A stretch of DNA of 64,000 bases from an uncultured Thermoleophilia bacterium (GTDB taxonomy: Bacteria > Actinomycetota > Thermoleophilia > UBA2241), in contig CAVQSP010000004.1 of NCBI GenBank assembly GCA_963715985.1, positions 32,001 to 96,000 on the forward strand, in the 5' to 3' direction. This document shows positions 53,916-64,000 of the stretch, piece by piece. Under the pieces are notes generated by a model. The model was not told where the DNA came from. It did not search any database and worked only from the letters and a program-made list of their open reading frames with translations. The position numbers and the translations under genes were made by a program. Each line of letters starts with the position of its first letter. The first letter of the stretch is position 1.

Positions 53916-56106
53916 ATGACGAACCTGTCAGCACAACGACCAGGTGCGGAGTCGACGGTGTCGCCAGAGCGGCTCGACCCACTCTTCGACCCCCGCAGCA
54001 TCGCCGTCGTCGGCGCCTCCGCGGACGCCTCCAAATGGGGCGGCGACATGGCTGCCCGACTGATTGCGCGCGAACACACTCGGGCTGTCTATCTCGTCAA
54101 CTCCAACGGCGGCGAGATGCACGGCCGGGTTGCCTATCCTTCACTCCTCGAGGTGCCCGGCACGCCCGACCTTGTCGTGCTCGCCATGCCTGCCACCGGC
54201 CTCGAGGCCGCGCTGGACGACGCCCTTGCAGCGGGCGCGCGTGGCATCATCGCCGTCTTCGCGGGTCTCGGGGAGACGGGCCCGGACGGCAAGGAACGCG
54301 AGCGCGCGGCTGTCGCGCGGGTGCGCGCTGCCGGCGCGGCTATGGTAGGTCCCAACTGCATGGGACTCGCCGACACCTCCACGGGGCTGCAAGCGGCGGC
54401 CTACCTCGATATTCCCGCGGGCGGCATCGGTCTGGTCTCGCAGAGCGGCGGCATCGGCGAGGAGTTGGTGACACGGGCCCGCGAGAGCGGGGTCGGCTTC
54501 TCGCGCTACGTCACGGTGGGGAACCAGGCGGACGTGGGCGTCGCCGAGATCCTGCGCGGTCTTGTCGGCCACGAGCCGACGAAGGTCGTGGGCGTCTACG
54601 TGGAGGATCTTCGGGACGGTCGCGAGTTCGCACGGGCGGCGAGGGATGTGGTCGCCTCCGGCAGACCGGTCGTGGTGCTCGCGCCCGGACGCAGCGAGGC
54701 CAGCACTCGCTCGGCGATGACGCATACGGGCTCGCTGGCTCCCGACGCCGCAGTCTCCGATGCGCTCTGCGGTGCAGCCGGGGTTGTGAGGGTGGCGACT
54801 CCCGGCCAGCTCTTCGAGGCCCTCTTCTGCCTCCTCTCGGGCCGGCGCACTCGCGGCCGAGGGATAGCCGTGGTCTCCGACGGCGGCGGCCACGGCGGCC
54901 TCGCCGCCGACGCGGTCGTTGCGGCCGGGCTCGGCGTGAACCCGCTCTCCGAGGCGACGCTCGCCCGCGTGCGCGAGGTGCTGCCGGTGAGTGTGGGCGA
55001 TAACCCCATCGACTTCGCCCTGGGGACCATCAACCCGGACGCCTACGGAAGCGTCGTCGAGGCGCTGACCGGCGCGGACGACGTCGACGCGGTCCTCGCG
55101 GCCGGCCAATTCGGCTACTGGCAAGCGCGCTTCTCCCGCTTCGAGGACAAGATCGCGGAGGAGATGTGGAGCGCGTCCGCGATGGCCGCGGCGGCCGAAA
55201 GGACGGGTACGCCCGTCATCGTCTGCAGCTCGTACCCCGGCTCTCGAGCTGCAGGCGCGCTGCGCGAGCGCGGGGTGCCGGTCTACCGCGAGATCGACGC
55301 GGCGGTCGGCAGCCTCTCGCGTATCGTCGAAGCCACGGAGAACGAAGCTCGCGTGGGTGCGCGGACCGCCCGGGGCGTCGAGTCCATCAGCGCCATCCCG
55401 CCGGCCGCGTCGCGCGGCCTGAGCGTCGCCGCCGACGACTACTGGGGCGCCCGTCAGGCGCTTGTCGACTACGGACTACCGTTCGTGCCGGCGGGACTGG
55501 CTCGGGACGAGGCGGAGGCTCGCGGTGTGGCCGGCAGCGTCGGCTATCCGGTCGTGCTCAAAGCGCTCGGCCTGCTGCACAAGTCCGACCGGGGTGGTGT
55601 CGTCGTTGGCCTTGCGAACCAGGCCGAGCTGACCGCCGCGTTCGAGGACATGGCGCGACGCCTTGCCCCCCCGGGCTACTGCGTCGAGCAGATGGCCCGG
55701 ACGGACGACGGCGTCGAGCTCATCGTCGGCTGCCGCTGGGATGTGCACGCCGGCCCGGTCGTGGTCGTCGGGCTCGGCGGCATCTACACGGAGCTGCTCG
55801 GTGATGTGCGCATCGCGCTCGCTCCAACCGACGAGTCGACGGTCGAGAGGACTCCTGCGCTCCTTGCGCGGCGCATCCCTTCTGTACGGCGTCCGCGGCC
55901 GGCCGCCGGTCGATGTTCCGGCGGCCTGCCGGGCCGCCGTCGCCATCGCCGGGCTAGCCGCCGCGCACCCCGAGGTGGCGAGTCTGGAAGTGAATCCGCT
56001 GTTGGTGACGCCGGACGGAGTTCTTTGTCTCGACGCTCGCATCGTCACGGCGGCTTCGGCGACCGTTGCGGAGCGCGGCGAGCATCCCGGCGGCGGAGTG
56101 CGCTGA
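53916..56106 (+). CDS. ADP-forming acyl-CoA synthetase, frameshift near 55850
   Basis: PRSIAVVGAS, GPNCMG, SQSGG, THTGSLA, HKSDRGGV, EVNPL in a shifted frame. Confidence 0.88.
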
Positions 56107-56182
56107 GATTCTCTCGACGCCGTGAACCCACCCCGCACGCCCGTCCAGCCGGTGCACGCACTCCGGCCCCCGGCGGGGACGC

Positions 56183-56248
56183 CACCCGAATGGGTGACGG
56201 CACCCGCGAAGTCCGGGTGTTGTGACCGTGTCCGGCCGGCTCCATCCT
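56183..56248 (+). promoter_or_regulatory. Repeated regulatory motif, copy 3 (-35 TTGTGA-N17-CATCCT)
   Basis: Nearly identical to copy 2 over about 45 nt. Confidence 0.75.
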
Positions 56249-56599
56249 TCACTCAGGGTGGCCCGGCTGGGTCGACGGCAACGTCGACTCATGAAGGTGC
56301 CATGCCAGCCGGCGTCTTCTGATCGCCAAGTGGAGTACTTAGGAGCCCGTCCGCGCAGTGCTGGTGGCTTGGATCGGTGCACGGTTCGAAAGGAGTGGCC
56401 ATGGCCCAGACTGGTCGCTACCCCGTAGCTGGCGATCTGACCGCGCTGTCCTTGGAGCTCCCGCAGCGCGGAAGTCCGCCGCGTACGCGAGCCGGATGTC
56501 CGATGTCGGCCTGGTCCTCAGCGCTCCGGGTCCGAAGGACCGGCCGGCTCGCGGCAGATCGCAGATCGCGTCGGCCTCTGACTCGAAGGAAGGTGCGCA

Positions 56600-57376
56600 A
56601 TGCAGTTGACTGGTCTTGACGGCGCTCGCGTAGTCGTGACCGCCGGCGCCAGCGGCATCGGCAACGTGATCGCCAAGAGCTTCGCGGACGCCGGCGCGTC
56701 CGTGTTCACGTGTGACGTCGATCCCGGTCTCGTCGCGTCGCTGAGAGCGTCAGAGCCCATGATCGGAGCGACCGTGGCGGACGTCGCCAGCGAGGAGGAC
56801 GTCGACCGACTGTTCGACGAGGCACGGGCCCGCCTGGGGGGTCTGGATGTCCTCGTCAACAACGCCGGGATTGGGGGGCCGGTCGACTACGTCGAGAACG
56901 TGGCGCCCAAGGACTGGCAGCGCACCCTCGACGTGAATCTCACCGGCGCGATGCTCTGCACGCGCCGGGCGGTGCCACTGCTCAAAGAACAGCGGTCCGG
57001 CTGTATCGTCACCATGTCGTCTCACTACGGGTTCCTTGGAGGGCCGCGACGCGCTCCGTACGTCGCCAGCAAGTGGGCGCTCGTCGGCCTCACCAAGACG
57101 CTGGCGATGGAGCTCGGACCCTTCGGCATCCGCGCCAACGCGATCTGCCCCGGCAGCGTGGAGGGTGAGCGACTCGACCGGATCATGGGCTTGGAATGCC
57201 AGGCGCAAGGCGTCACCTTGGAGCAGCTGCGCGAGGACTGGACGCGCGGCTGCTCGATGCGGACCTTCGTCACTCCGGAGGACGTAGCCGCGATGATCCT
57301 CTTCCTGTGCTCCGAGCAGGGCGCCAGGATCTCCGGACAGGCGATCGCGGTGGACGGCCACACCGAGTTCATCTGA
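56600..57376 (+). CDS. SDR oxidoreductase (paralog of 21142-21916)
   Basis: TAGASGIG, NNAG, YVASK. Confidence 0.92.
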   Translation: MQLTGLDGARVVVTAGASGIGNVIAKSFADAGASVFTCDVDPGLVASLRASEPMIGATVADVASEEDVDRLFDEARARLGGLDVLVNNAGIGGPVDYVENVAPKDWQRTLDVNLTGAMLCTRRAVPLLKEQRSGCIVTMSSHYGFLGGPRRAPYVASKWALVGLTKTLAMELGPFGIRANAICPGSVEGERLDRIMGLECQAQGVTLEQLREDWTRGCSMRTFVTPEDVAAMILFLCSEQGARISGQAIAVDGHTEFI

Positions 57377-57382
57377 GCAGTT

Positions 57383-57449
57383 CACCCGAAGTGGTGACCG
57401 GCACCGCGCGGATCGGGTGTTGTGGCGGATGACCAGACGGCGCCATGAT
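57383..57449 (+). promoter_or_regulatory. Repeated regulatory motif, copy 4 (CACCCGAAGTGGTGA-N16-CGGGTGTTGTG ... CATGAT)
   Basis: Upstream of the second BKACE gene. Confidence 0.7.
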
Positions 57450-57601
57450 CGGCGGGACGGCCTCCGAACCGTCTCCGGCGGGGCCGGACTCCCCCAATCC
57501 GGCCTCGTCGCTGCGTCCAGAGGGGCTTCGGTGGAGGTGGTTCGTGCCCCGCGCGAACGATGCGCCTGACCCGTCGTCGATGAGCCGACAGAAGGCGATG
57601 C

Positions 57602-58474
57602 ATGATGAACCGTGAAGTGATCGTCTCGTGTGCGGTAACGGGTGGGGCTGAGCCCGCGCGACACCGGCCCAAAACACCAGTCGAGATAGCGGAGTCGGCG
57701 ATCGAGGCCGCCCAGGCCGGGGCCGCCATCGTCCACCTCCATGTGAGGGACCCTGAGACCGGCGCCGCGTCCCGAGAGATCGACTACTACCGCCAGGTCT
57801 TCGAGCTCGTGCGCAGGAGCAGCGTCGACGTCATCATCAATCTCACGACGGGGATGGGCGGAGACATCGTCTTCGACGACGATGACCTGTCACGCTACGG
57901 CGGGGGTTCCGACTTCGTGCCCGCACTCGAGCGGATCGCTCATGTCGAGTTGCTGCGCCCCGAGATCTGTTCTCTTGACTGCGGTCCCGTGGCATTCTCG
58001 GAGCGGCTCGTCCAGATCTTCACGCTGGAGATGGTCCGGAAGATGGCGCAGCGGATCCATGAGCTCGGGGTCAAGCCTGAGATAGAGGTCTTCGACTTCG
58101 CCGGAATCACCATCGCCAACCAGATTATCGCCGAGGGCCTCATCGACGATCCAGCGTGGTTCCAGATCTGTCTGGGGATCCCGTGGGCGACGCCCGCCAA
58201 CAGCCACACGATGAAAGCCCTGTCGGATGCGCTTCCCTCAGGTTCTCTGTGGTCGGGGTTCGGCGTGTCGCGGATGGAGATGCCCATGGTCGCCCAGGCG
58301 ATCCTCCTCGGCGGGAACGTCCGAGTCGGCCTCGAGGACAACTTGTGGCTGAGCAAGGACGTCCCCGCCACCAATGCCGATCTCGTCGAGCGTGCCGTCG
58401 CCATCATCGAGGCCATGGGCTGCCGGGCGGTGTCGTCGGACGAGGCGCGCGAAAGGCTGGGTCTGCCTCGATGA
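57602..58474 (+). CDS. Beta-keto acid cleavage enzyme (BKACE/DUF849), second copy
   Basis: [28 protein letters not shown]. Confidence 0.9.
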   Translation: MMNREVIVSCAVTGGAEPARHRPKTPVEIAESAIEAAQAGAAIVHLHVRDPETGAASREIDYYRQVFELVRRSSVDVIINLTTGMGGDIVFDDDDLSRYGGGSDFVPALERIAHVELLRPEICSLDCGPVAFSERLVQIFTLEMVRKMAQRIHELGVKPEIEVFDFAGITIANQIIAEGLIDDPAWFQICLGIPWATPANSHTMKALSDALPSGSLWSGFGVSRMEMPMVAQAILLGGNVRVGLEDNLWLSKDVPATNADLVERAVAIIEAMGCRAVSSDEARERLGLPR

Positions 58475-58491
58475 CGTCGCTCCGCACACTC

Positions 58492-58559
58492 CACCCGAAC
58501 GGGTGACGGTCTTCGCGCGACTTGGGTGTGGTCCGGATCTCAGGGTTGCCGCCGATGAT
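58492..58559 (+). promoter_or_regulatory. Repeated regulatory motif, copy 5 (CACCCGAACGGGTGA-N16-TGGGTGTGGT)
   Basis: Upstream of the 3-hydroxyacyl-CoA dehydrogenase-like gene. Confidence 0.65.
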
Positions 58560-58658
58560 TGACACGGTAGCTCCGCGGCATGCCTTGCCTGAGGCTGGGG
58601 CGACACGCGTGCGGGATTCGGCCCGGTCGAGCGTGACTTCGCGAAGGAGAGGACGAGG

Positions 58659-59580
58659 GTGATGGTGGAGAAGAGCGCTCTCGATGCCGTCACGGTGTGT
58701 GGCGCGGGTGTCCAGGGCTCGATGATCGCGTTCCGGTGTGCAGTGCATGGAAAGCGCGTCGCTCTGTATGACCTCGATGCGGCCGCTTTGGAGAGCGCTC
58801 TGGAGAAGTCGGAGACCTGGCTCGCTCGCTACGCCGAGTCTGGCAGACTCACGACGGTGTCAGCGAGGGCCGCTCGACGACGCATCGTGCCGCAGACCGA
58901 CCTGGCCGCGGCCGTCCGGGGCGTCGGTCTGGTCATCGAGAGCGTCCCGGAGCGGCTTGAGCTCAAGCAGGCGGTCTGGGCAGACGTCGACGCACTGGCG
59001 GCAGAGGCAACGCTGCTGACGACCAACAGCTCATCGCTCCGGAGTTCCGAGATAGGCGCAGCCGTCGGGACGCAAGGACAGGACCTTCAATCTCAACTTC
59101 ATGACGCCCACAGAGGACGACCAAGTAGAGGTGATGTGGAATCCATCCACCTCGGAGAGCACGAAGCGGGCGGCACTCGCGTTCCTGCGGTCGATACGGT
59201 GCGTACCGATCGTGACGCGAAAGGAGATCCAGGGCTTCTCTCTCAACAGGGTCTGGCGCGCTATCAAGAAGGAGTCCCTTCGGCTCTGGGCGGAGGACTA
59301 CATCAGTCCCGAAGACCTGGACCGGGCGTTCATGCTCGAGTGGGGCACGGCGTGTGGCCCCTTCGGCCTCATGGACAAGGTGGGCCTGGATGTGGTCCGC
59401 GACATCGAGCTGAGCTACCACCGTGAGACGGGGGACGCGAGCGACCTGCCCCCGCGCGCCCTGGAGCACATGATCGCCGCCGGCAGTCTCGGGGAGAAAT
59501 CCGGTCGCGGCTTCTATCTCTACCCGGATCCAGTCTATCTTCGGCCTGAGTGGCTTCGCGGGGATGGCGGAGGGGAGTGA
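58659..59580 (+). CDS. 3-hydroxyacyl-CoA dehydrogenase family protein, frameshift near 59070
   Basis: GAGVQG, ESVPE.LELK, TNSSSL, KEIQGF..NR, GPFGLMDKVGLD, LGEKSGRGFY. Confidence 0.85.
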
Positions 59581-59731
59581 CCATGTGTGGGTCGATCGGT
59601 AGCCGTGCGTCTCGTCATCGGACCAGGTTGCGGATGGAACGAATGGCGGCGCCTGCGAGTGCGGTCGTCTGATTCCCTATCGAGAGAGCAGTGACTACTC
59701 GGCATCGCAAGGGGCCGAAGGAGGTAGCACG

Positions 59732-61105
59732 ATGACAGACCAGGAACAAGCTGCGGCAGGCGGGGTCAAGGAGGAGTTCCTCGAGCAGCACCTCTGGCCG
59801 CCGTTCACGCAGATGCAGGGCATCAAGCCCGTGATCATGGAGCGCGCCGAGGGCTGCCTCGTCTACGACAGCGACGGCAACCAGTACATCGACGCCTTCG
59901 CCAGCCTCTGGACGGTCAACGTCGGCCACGGCCGCACCGAGATCTACGACGCCATCAAGGCGCAGATGGAGAAGCTGGCGATCTACCACATCTTCCAGAT
60001 CGCCAACGAACCGGCCATCAAGCTGGCCGCCAAGGTCGCCGAGCTGGCCCCCGGCGACCTCGACCACGTGTTCCTCACGCTGGGCGGCGGCGAGTCGGTG
60101 GAGACCGCCGTCAAGATGGCGCGGCAGTACTGGCGCAACAAGGGCAAGGGCACCAAGTACATGGTGCTGTTCCGCGACCGCTCCTATCACGGCACCACCA
60201 TGACCAGCACCAGCGCCCAGGGTCTCACCGTGAACCGCGCCAAGTTCGAGCCCCTGCTGCCGGGCTTCATCAAGCTCGGCGCCCCCTACTGCTACCGCTG
60301 CTTCTGGAACAAGACCTACGGCGAAGACTGCAAGATGGAGTGCGCGAAGCAGGTCGAGCAGGAGATCACCTTCTACGGCCCCGAGAACGTCGGCACCATG
60401 CTCGGCGAGACGATGATCGGCACCGGCGGCGTGATCCCGCCGCCGCCGGAGTATTGGCCGATGGTGGGCGAGATCTGCAAGGCCAACGACGTGCTCGTCA
60501 TCAACGACGAGGTCATCACGGGCTTCGGGCGCAGCGGCACCTGGTTCGGCTTTGAGCAGTTCGGCTCGGACCCGGACCTCGTCACCCTCGCCAAGGGCCT
60601 CTCCAGCGGCTACCTGCCGCTCGGCGCCGTGCTGGCGCGCGACCACGTCTACGAAGCCTTCCTCGGCGGTCCCGGCGAGGCGTTCATGAGCGGCGCCACC
60701 TACATGGGTCACCCGCTGTGCTGCGCCGCCGGCCTCGCCAACCTCGAGATCGTGGTGCGCGAGAAGCTGGTGGAGCGCTGCGCCGAGGTCGGGCCCTACC
60801 TTCAGGAGGGCCTGCGCACGCTGCTCAGCCATCCCATCGTCGGCGACGTGCGCGGCGTCGGCCTGGTGGCCGGCATCGAGTACGTGCAGGACAAGGCCAC
60901 GCGCGAGTGGTTCGCGCCGGCCCAGGGCGTCGCCGCCAAGATCCGCGACGAGGCCTTCAAGCGCGGCGTCTTCGTGCGCCTGCTGGGCGGCGGCCACGTG
61001 CACGCGGTCGCGCCGCCCTTCATCATCAGCACGGAACAGATCGACACCGTGGTGCGCGTCCTCGACGAGTCCATCGGCGTCGTGGAGAAGGAGCTGGGTT
61101 ACTGA
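59732..61105 (+). CDS. Class III (omega) aminotransferase
   Basis: GGESVETAVK, SYHGTT, DEVITGFGRSG, AKGLSSGYLPLGA. Confidence 0.93.
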   Translation: MTDQEQAAAGGVKEEFLEQHLWPPFTQMQGIKPVIMERAEGCLVYDSDGNQYIDAFASLWTVNVGHGRTEIYDAIKAQMEKLAIYHIFQIANEPAIKLAAKVAELAPGDLDHVFLTLGGGESVETAVKMARQYWRNKGKGTKYMVLFRDRSYHGTTMTSTSAQGLTVNRAKFEPLLPGFIKLGAPYCYRCFWNKTYGEDCKMECAKQVEQEITFYGPENVGTMLGETMIGTGGVIPPPPEYWPMVGEICKANDVLVINDEVITGFGRSGTWFGFEQFGSDPDLVTLAKGLSSGYLPLGAVLARDHVYEAFLGGPGEAFMSGATYMGHPLCCAAGLANLEIVVREKLVERCAEVGPYLQEGLRTLLSHPIVGDVRGVGLVAGIEYVQDKATREWFAPAQGVAAKIRDEAFKRGVFVRLLGGGHVHAVAPPFIISTEQIDTVVRVLDESIGVVEKELGY

Positions 61106-61300
61106 CCGCCGCCTGCGGCTGAGACTTCGAGGACCCAGGAACATGAGCAAGCCAAGAGTGGGAGTGGTGGGCTACGCCCGTGACCTCGGCCACAAGCGCG
61201 CCGACATACCGCCTCGAGGCCGTCGGGCTGACCAACCAGTACCTTGGCCCGGGTCAGCCTGTCGCAGCGGCCGCCTGACGGACATGAAGTACTGACTCGC

Positions 61301-61540
61301 ATGTCCCCGAAGATTCGCGTGGTCACGCACGGCGGTCTCCCAGGTCCCGGGCGAACAGACTCGACCGACGACACGATCGTCGTTGACCCCGGCGCGACAC
61401 TGGCAGATGTCCTGCGGGCCATCGGGATCGACCGGGGCATCGTCGGAGTCGCGACTATGGACGGCAGGTTCGTCCAACTGGATGCCGTTCTGAAGAGCGA
61501 CGGCGCCATACACGTCTATCCGATCGTCGGCGGAGGTTGA
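61301..61540 (+). CDS. MoaD/ThiS-family ubiquitin-like sulfur carrier
   Basis: About 80 aa, C-terminal YPIVGGG, adjacent to AOR. Confidence 0.75.
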   Translation: MSPKIRVVTHGGLPGPGRTDSTDDTIVVDPGATLADVLRAIGIDRGIVGVATMDGRFVQLDAVLKSDGAIHVYPIVGGG

Positions 61541-61578
61541 GTCAGCCGCCGGTTCTGTGTCAAGGAGAGGAGGTCGTG

Positions 61579-63519
61579 TTGTCTGCTCACGAAGCACCTG
61601 GGGTGTTCGGCAAGACCGTGTGGGTCGACCTCACTTCGGGTTCGGTGCACGCTGTCGAAGAGACGCCGGAGTATCATCGACGCTTCCTTGGCGGAGCGGG
61701 GGCTGCGGTCTACCAGCTACTGCGACGTTTGCAGCCCGGCACAGACGCTCTCTCACCGGGGAATGTCCTCGTCTTCGCGCCGGGTCTTCTCACGGGGACG
61801 CAGAGTACGGCAACGCCGAGATACGTGGTCTGTGCACGCTCACCGCTGACCGGGGCGCTGGGCAAGTCCGAGTCCAGCGGCTACTGGGGTCCGGAGATGA
61901 AGCAGGCTGGCGTGGGCGTCCTGGTTGTGACCGGTCGGGCGGTTGAGCCGTCCTACCTTCTGGTCACAGCCGATGGGGTCGAGATTCGCGAAGCGTCGCG
62001 AATCTGGGGCCTTACCACGGGCGAGGCCGAAGACATCATCAAGGATGAAGTGGGTGACCCGCGAGTGCGGGTCGCACTCATCGGTCCGGGCGGAGAACAC
62101 TGCGTGCTCTATGCCGGCATTGCCAGCGATCTCACCCACTTCAACGGTCGAAACGGCCTCGGAGCGGTGATGGGTTCGAAGAACCTGAAAGCCATAGCCG
62201 TCCGCGGGGGCACGAGACTCGAAGTGCACGACCGTGACCGCATCAAGGAGATCGCGCGGTCGACGGCTCGATTGTGTCGAGAGCATCCGCTCAGTCGCAT
62301 GCTCCACGAGAAGGGTACGCCGGCCGGCCTTGAGGCCACCAACGCGGGAGGTTCCCTTGCGACCTGCAACTGGCAGCATGCGACGTTCGACGCAGCCGAC
62401 AAGATCGGCGGCGATATCCTCAACGGACGCTATCTCGTCGAGCGCGATGGGTGTTTCGCGTGTCCGGTCAAGTGCAAACGGGTGGTCTCAGTCGACAGCG
62501 AGACCATCAAGGTCGACGAGCGCTATGGCGGGCCCGAGTACGAAAGCCTTGTCGCCTTCGGGTCCAACTGCGGCGTAGATGACTTCGAAGTTGTCGCCAA
62601 GGCCAACGAGCTCTGCAACATGTTCACCCTGGACACCATCTCCACCGGGATGAGCATCTCTTTTGCGATGGCCTGCTTCGAGGACGGCATCATTGGGCGA
62701 GGAGACACAGGCGGCCTCGATGTTCGCTTCGGGGACGGCGACGTGATGCTGACTCTGATCGAGAAGATCGCTCATCGGCGGGGCTTCGGCGACATTCTTG
62801 CCGAAGGCACCGTGCGAGCGGCCGCGAGCATCGGCCGTGGCGCAGACGCGCATGTGCTAGCAGTCAAGGGGCAGGAGCTGCCCTTCCAGGACCCGAGGGT
62901 GAAGACCGGCTTGGGGCTCCAATTCGCCCTAGCTCCGAACGGCGCGGACCACTGGTTTGCGCAGCACGACCCGCTGTACGGCACTGACACCAGCCCCGGA
63001 GTCGCGGCGCTGGCCCCCCTTGGGATGCTCGGTCCGGTGTCGCCTCTTGACATTGGCCCGGCGAAAGTACGAGTCATCAGAGAGACCAGCGTCCTCAATA
63101 GTCTGTACGACTGCCTGGGGGTCTGCATGTTCGGGGCAGTTGCCCGCAGCATGACGAGCATCAACACCTACGTTGACCTCGTCTCGGCCGCAACGGGGTG
63201 GGAGACGAGTCTGTGGGAACTGATGCAAGCGGGCGAACGCGCCCTGGCCATGTCTCGGGTCTTCAATGTGCGCGAAGGATTCGGTCCGGCCGACGACACT
63301 CTGCCCGCCTTGTTCTTCAAGCCATTCGCCGACGGCCCGTTGGCCGGCCAGAACGCTCTTGATCCAGACGAGTTCGCGGAGGCCATTCTCCTCTACTACG
63401 GGATGTCTGGATGGGATCCGGAGTCAGGGTTGCCCACGGCCGGCAAGATGGCTGAGCTCGGCTTGGACGAAGAGACGGCTGGAGGCTCGAATGTGAATCG
63501 TGCTTCGCTCTCGCAATGA
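61579..63519 (+). CDS. Tungsten-type aldehyde:ferredoxin oxidoreductase family protein
   Basis: ARSPLTG, IGPGGE, GR.GLGAVMGSKNLKAI, CFACPVKC, GPEYES, DTISTG, VKGQE, D..G.C.F. Confidence 0.92.
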   Translation: MSAHEAPGVFGKTVWVDLTSGSVHAVEETPEYHRRFLGGAGAAVYQLLRRLQPGTDALSPGNVLVFAPGLLTGTQSTATPRYVVCARSPLTGALGKSESSGYWGPEMKQAGVGVLVVTGRAVEPSYLLVTADGVEIREASRIWGLTTGEAEDIIKDEVGDPRVRVALIGPGGEHCVLYAGIASDLTHFNGRNGLGAVMGSKNLKAIAVRGGTRLEVHDRDRIKEIARSTARLCREHPLSRMLHEKGTPAGLEATNAGGSLATCNWQHATFDAADKIGGDILNGRYLVERDGCFACPVKCKRVVSVDSETIKVDERYGGPEYESLVAFGSNCGVDDFEVVAKANELCNMFTLDTISTGMSISFAMACFEDGIIGRGDTGGLDVRFGDGDVMLTLIEKIAHRRGFGDILAEGTVRAAASIGRGADAHVLAVKGQELPFQDPRVKTGLGLQFALAPNGADHWFAQHDPLYGTDTSPGVAALAPLGMLGPVSPLDIGPAKVRVIRETSVLNSLYDCLGVCMFGAVARSMTSINTYVDLVSAATGWETSLWELMQAGERALAMSRVFNVREGFGPADDTLPALFFKPFADGPLAGQNALDPDEFAEAILLYYGMSGWDPESGLPTAGKMAELGLDEETAGGSNVNRASLSQ

Positions 63520-63556
63520 CGGCGCCACGTTAGACATCACCCCCGCCGACGAGACC

Positions 63557-63814
63557 ATGGTCACGCATAGCAGAGGGGCGGCCGCGAGGCGCGGCATCAA
63601 CACGCTCGACGACTTCGAGGGCGGCGGCAAGGTCGTCCTGTGCCGGCTAGACATCAACGCGTCGACCGAGCCCCACGCCGCGCTGATGAGCGAGCTCACT
63701 GGCTGCGACGTGGGGTCCATGGACGACGTCTGCGAGCCGGCGCACGCGACTCTCTTGCTCAGCGAGACTAGCGGCGCCCGACCGCGCCGTCATGACCTGA
63801 ATCGGAGCCAATGA
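63557..63814 (+). pseudogene. Probable phosphoglycerate kinase N-terminal remnant
   Basis: GINTLDDF..GK.VLCRLDIN resembles the PGK N-terminus, but the ORF ends after about 85 aa. Confidence 0.45.
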
Positions 63815-63837
63815 CGCACCCGAATGGAGGAACGAGC

Positions 63838-64000
63838 ATGGACTTCTTGAAACGGCGTTCTCCTGAGCCGGTCCAGAGCGCGGCTAGCGTTCGCGAAGTG
63901 GTTGCCCGGATCATCGAGGACGTCCGAACGCGTGGACTCGAGGCAGTCAGGGAGTACTCGCGCAGCTTTGACGGCTGGGATCCCCCCTCCTTTGTCGTCG
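63838..64000 (+). CDS. Histidinol dehydrogenase-family protein (HisD or HpsN-like), truncated by the window end
   Basis: GGAGG RBS; VREVVARIIEDVRTRGLEAVREYSRSFDGW. Confidence 0.75.
   Translation, partial: MDFLKRRSPEPVQSAASVREVVARIIEDVRTRGLEAVREYSRSFDGWDPPSFVV

Noticed and set aside
56401-56619. Small ORF with an AAGGAG RBS before the SDR
   Set aside because: No motif, non-coding-like codon use, and it overlaps the SDR start out of frame; at most a remnant.

Overview
High-GC bacterial window with anaerobic enzyme content; an Actinomycetota/Thermoleophilia-like origin is inferred from style only. It is almost entirely a catabolic island for methylated amines, betaines and amino-acid derivatives. 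It opens with an mttB-mtbB-MFS operon in which both methyltransferases carry an in-frame TAG at the conserved pyrrolysine position. About 11 of roughly 50 genes here also use TAG as a true stop, so amber decoding looks ambiguous, and candidate PYLIS-like hairpins follow both recoded codons. The window also has two non-Pyl MttB-family paralogs, three family-5 ABC solute-binding proteins (two with full transporters), two BKACE/CdhC-like enzymes, duplicated SDRs and ADP-forming acyl-CoA ligases, IorAB, AcnX, AOR, sat plus a sulfotransferase-like gene, panB plus an unknown partner, and three Lrp regulators. Other notable items are a QueG-like Fe-S domain fused in frame to an apparent TacA antitoxin fragment and a TacT-like GNAT, a five-copy activator/promoter motif, and a TetR-type operator. 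Many single-base frameshifts suggest long-read consensus errors. All calls come from manual reading of motifs; no database search was run.
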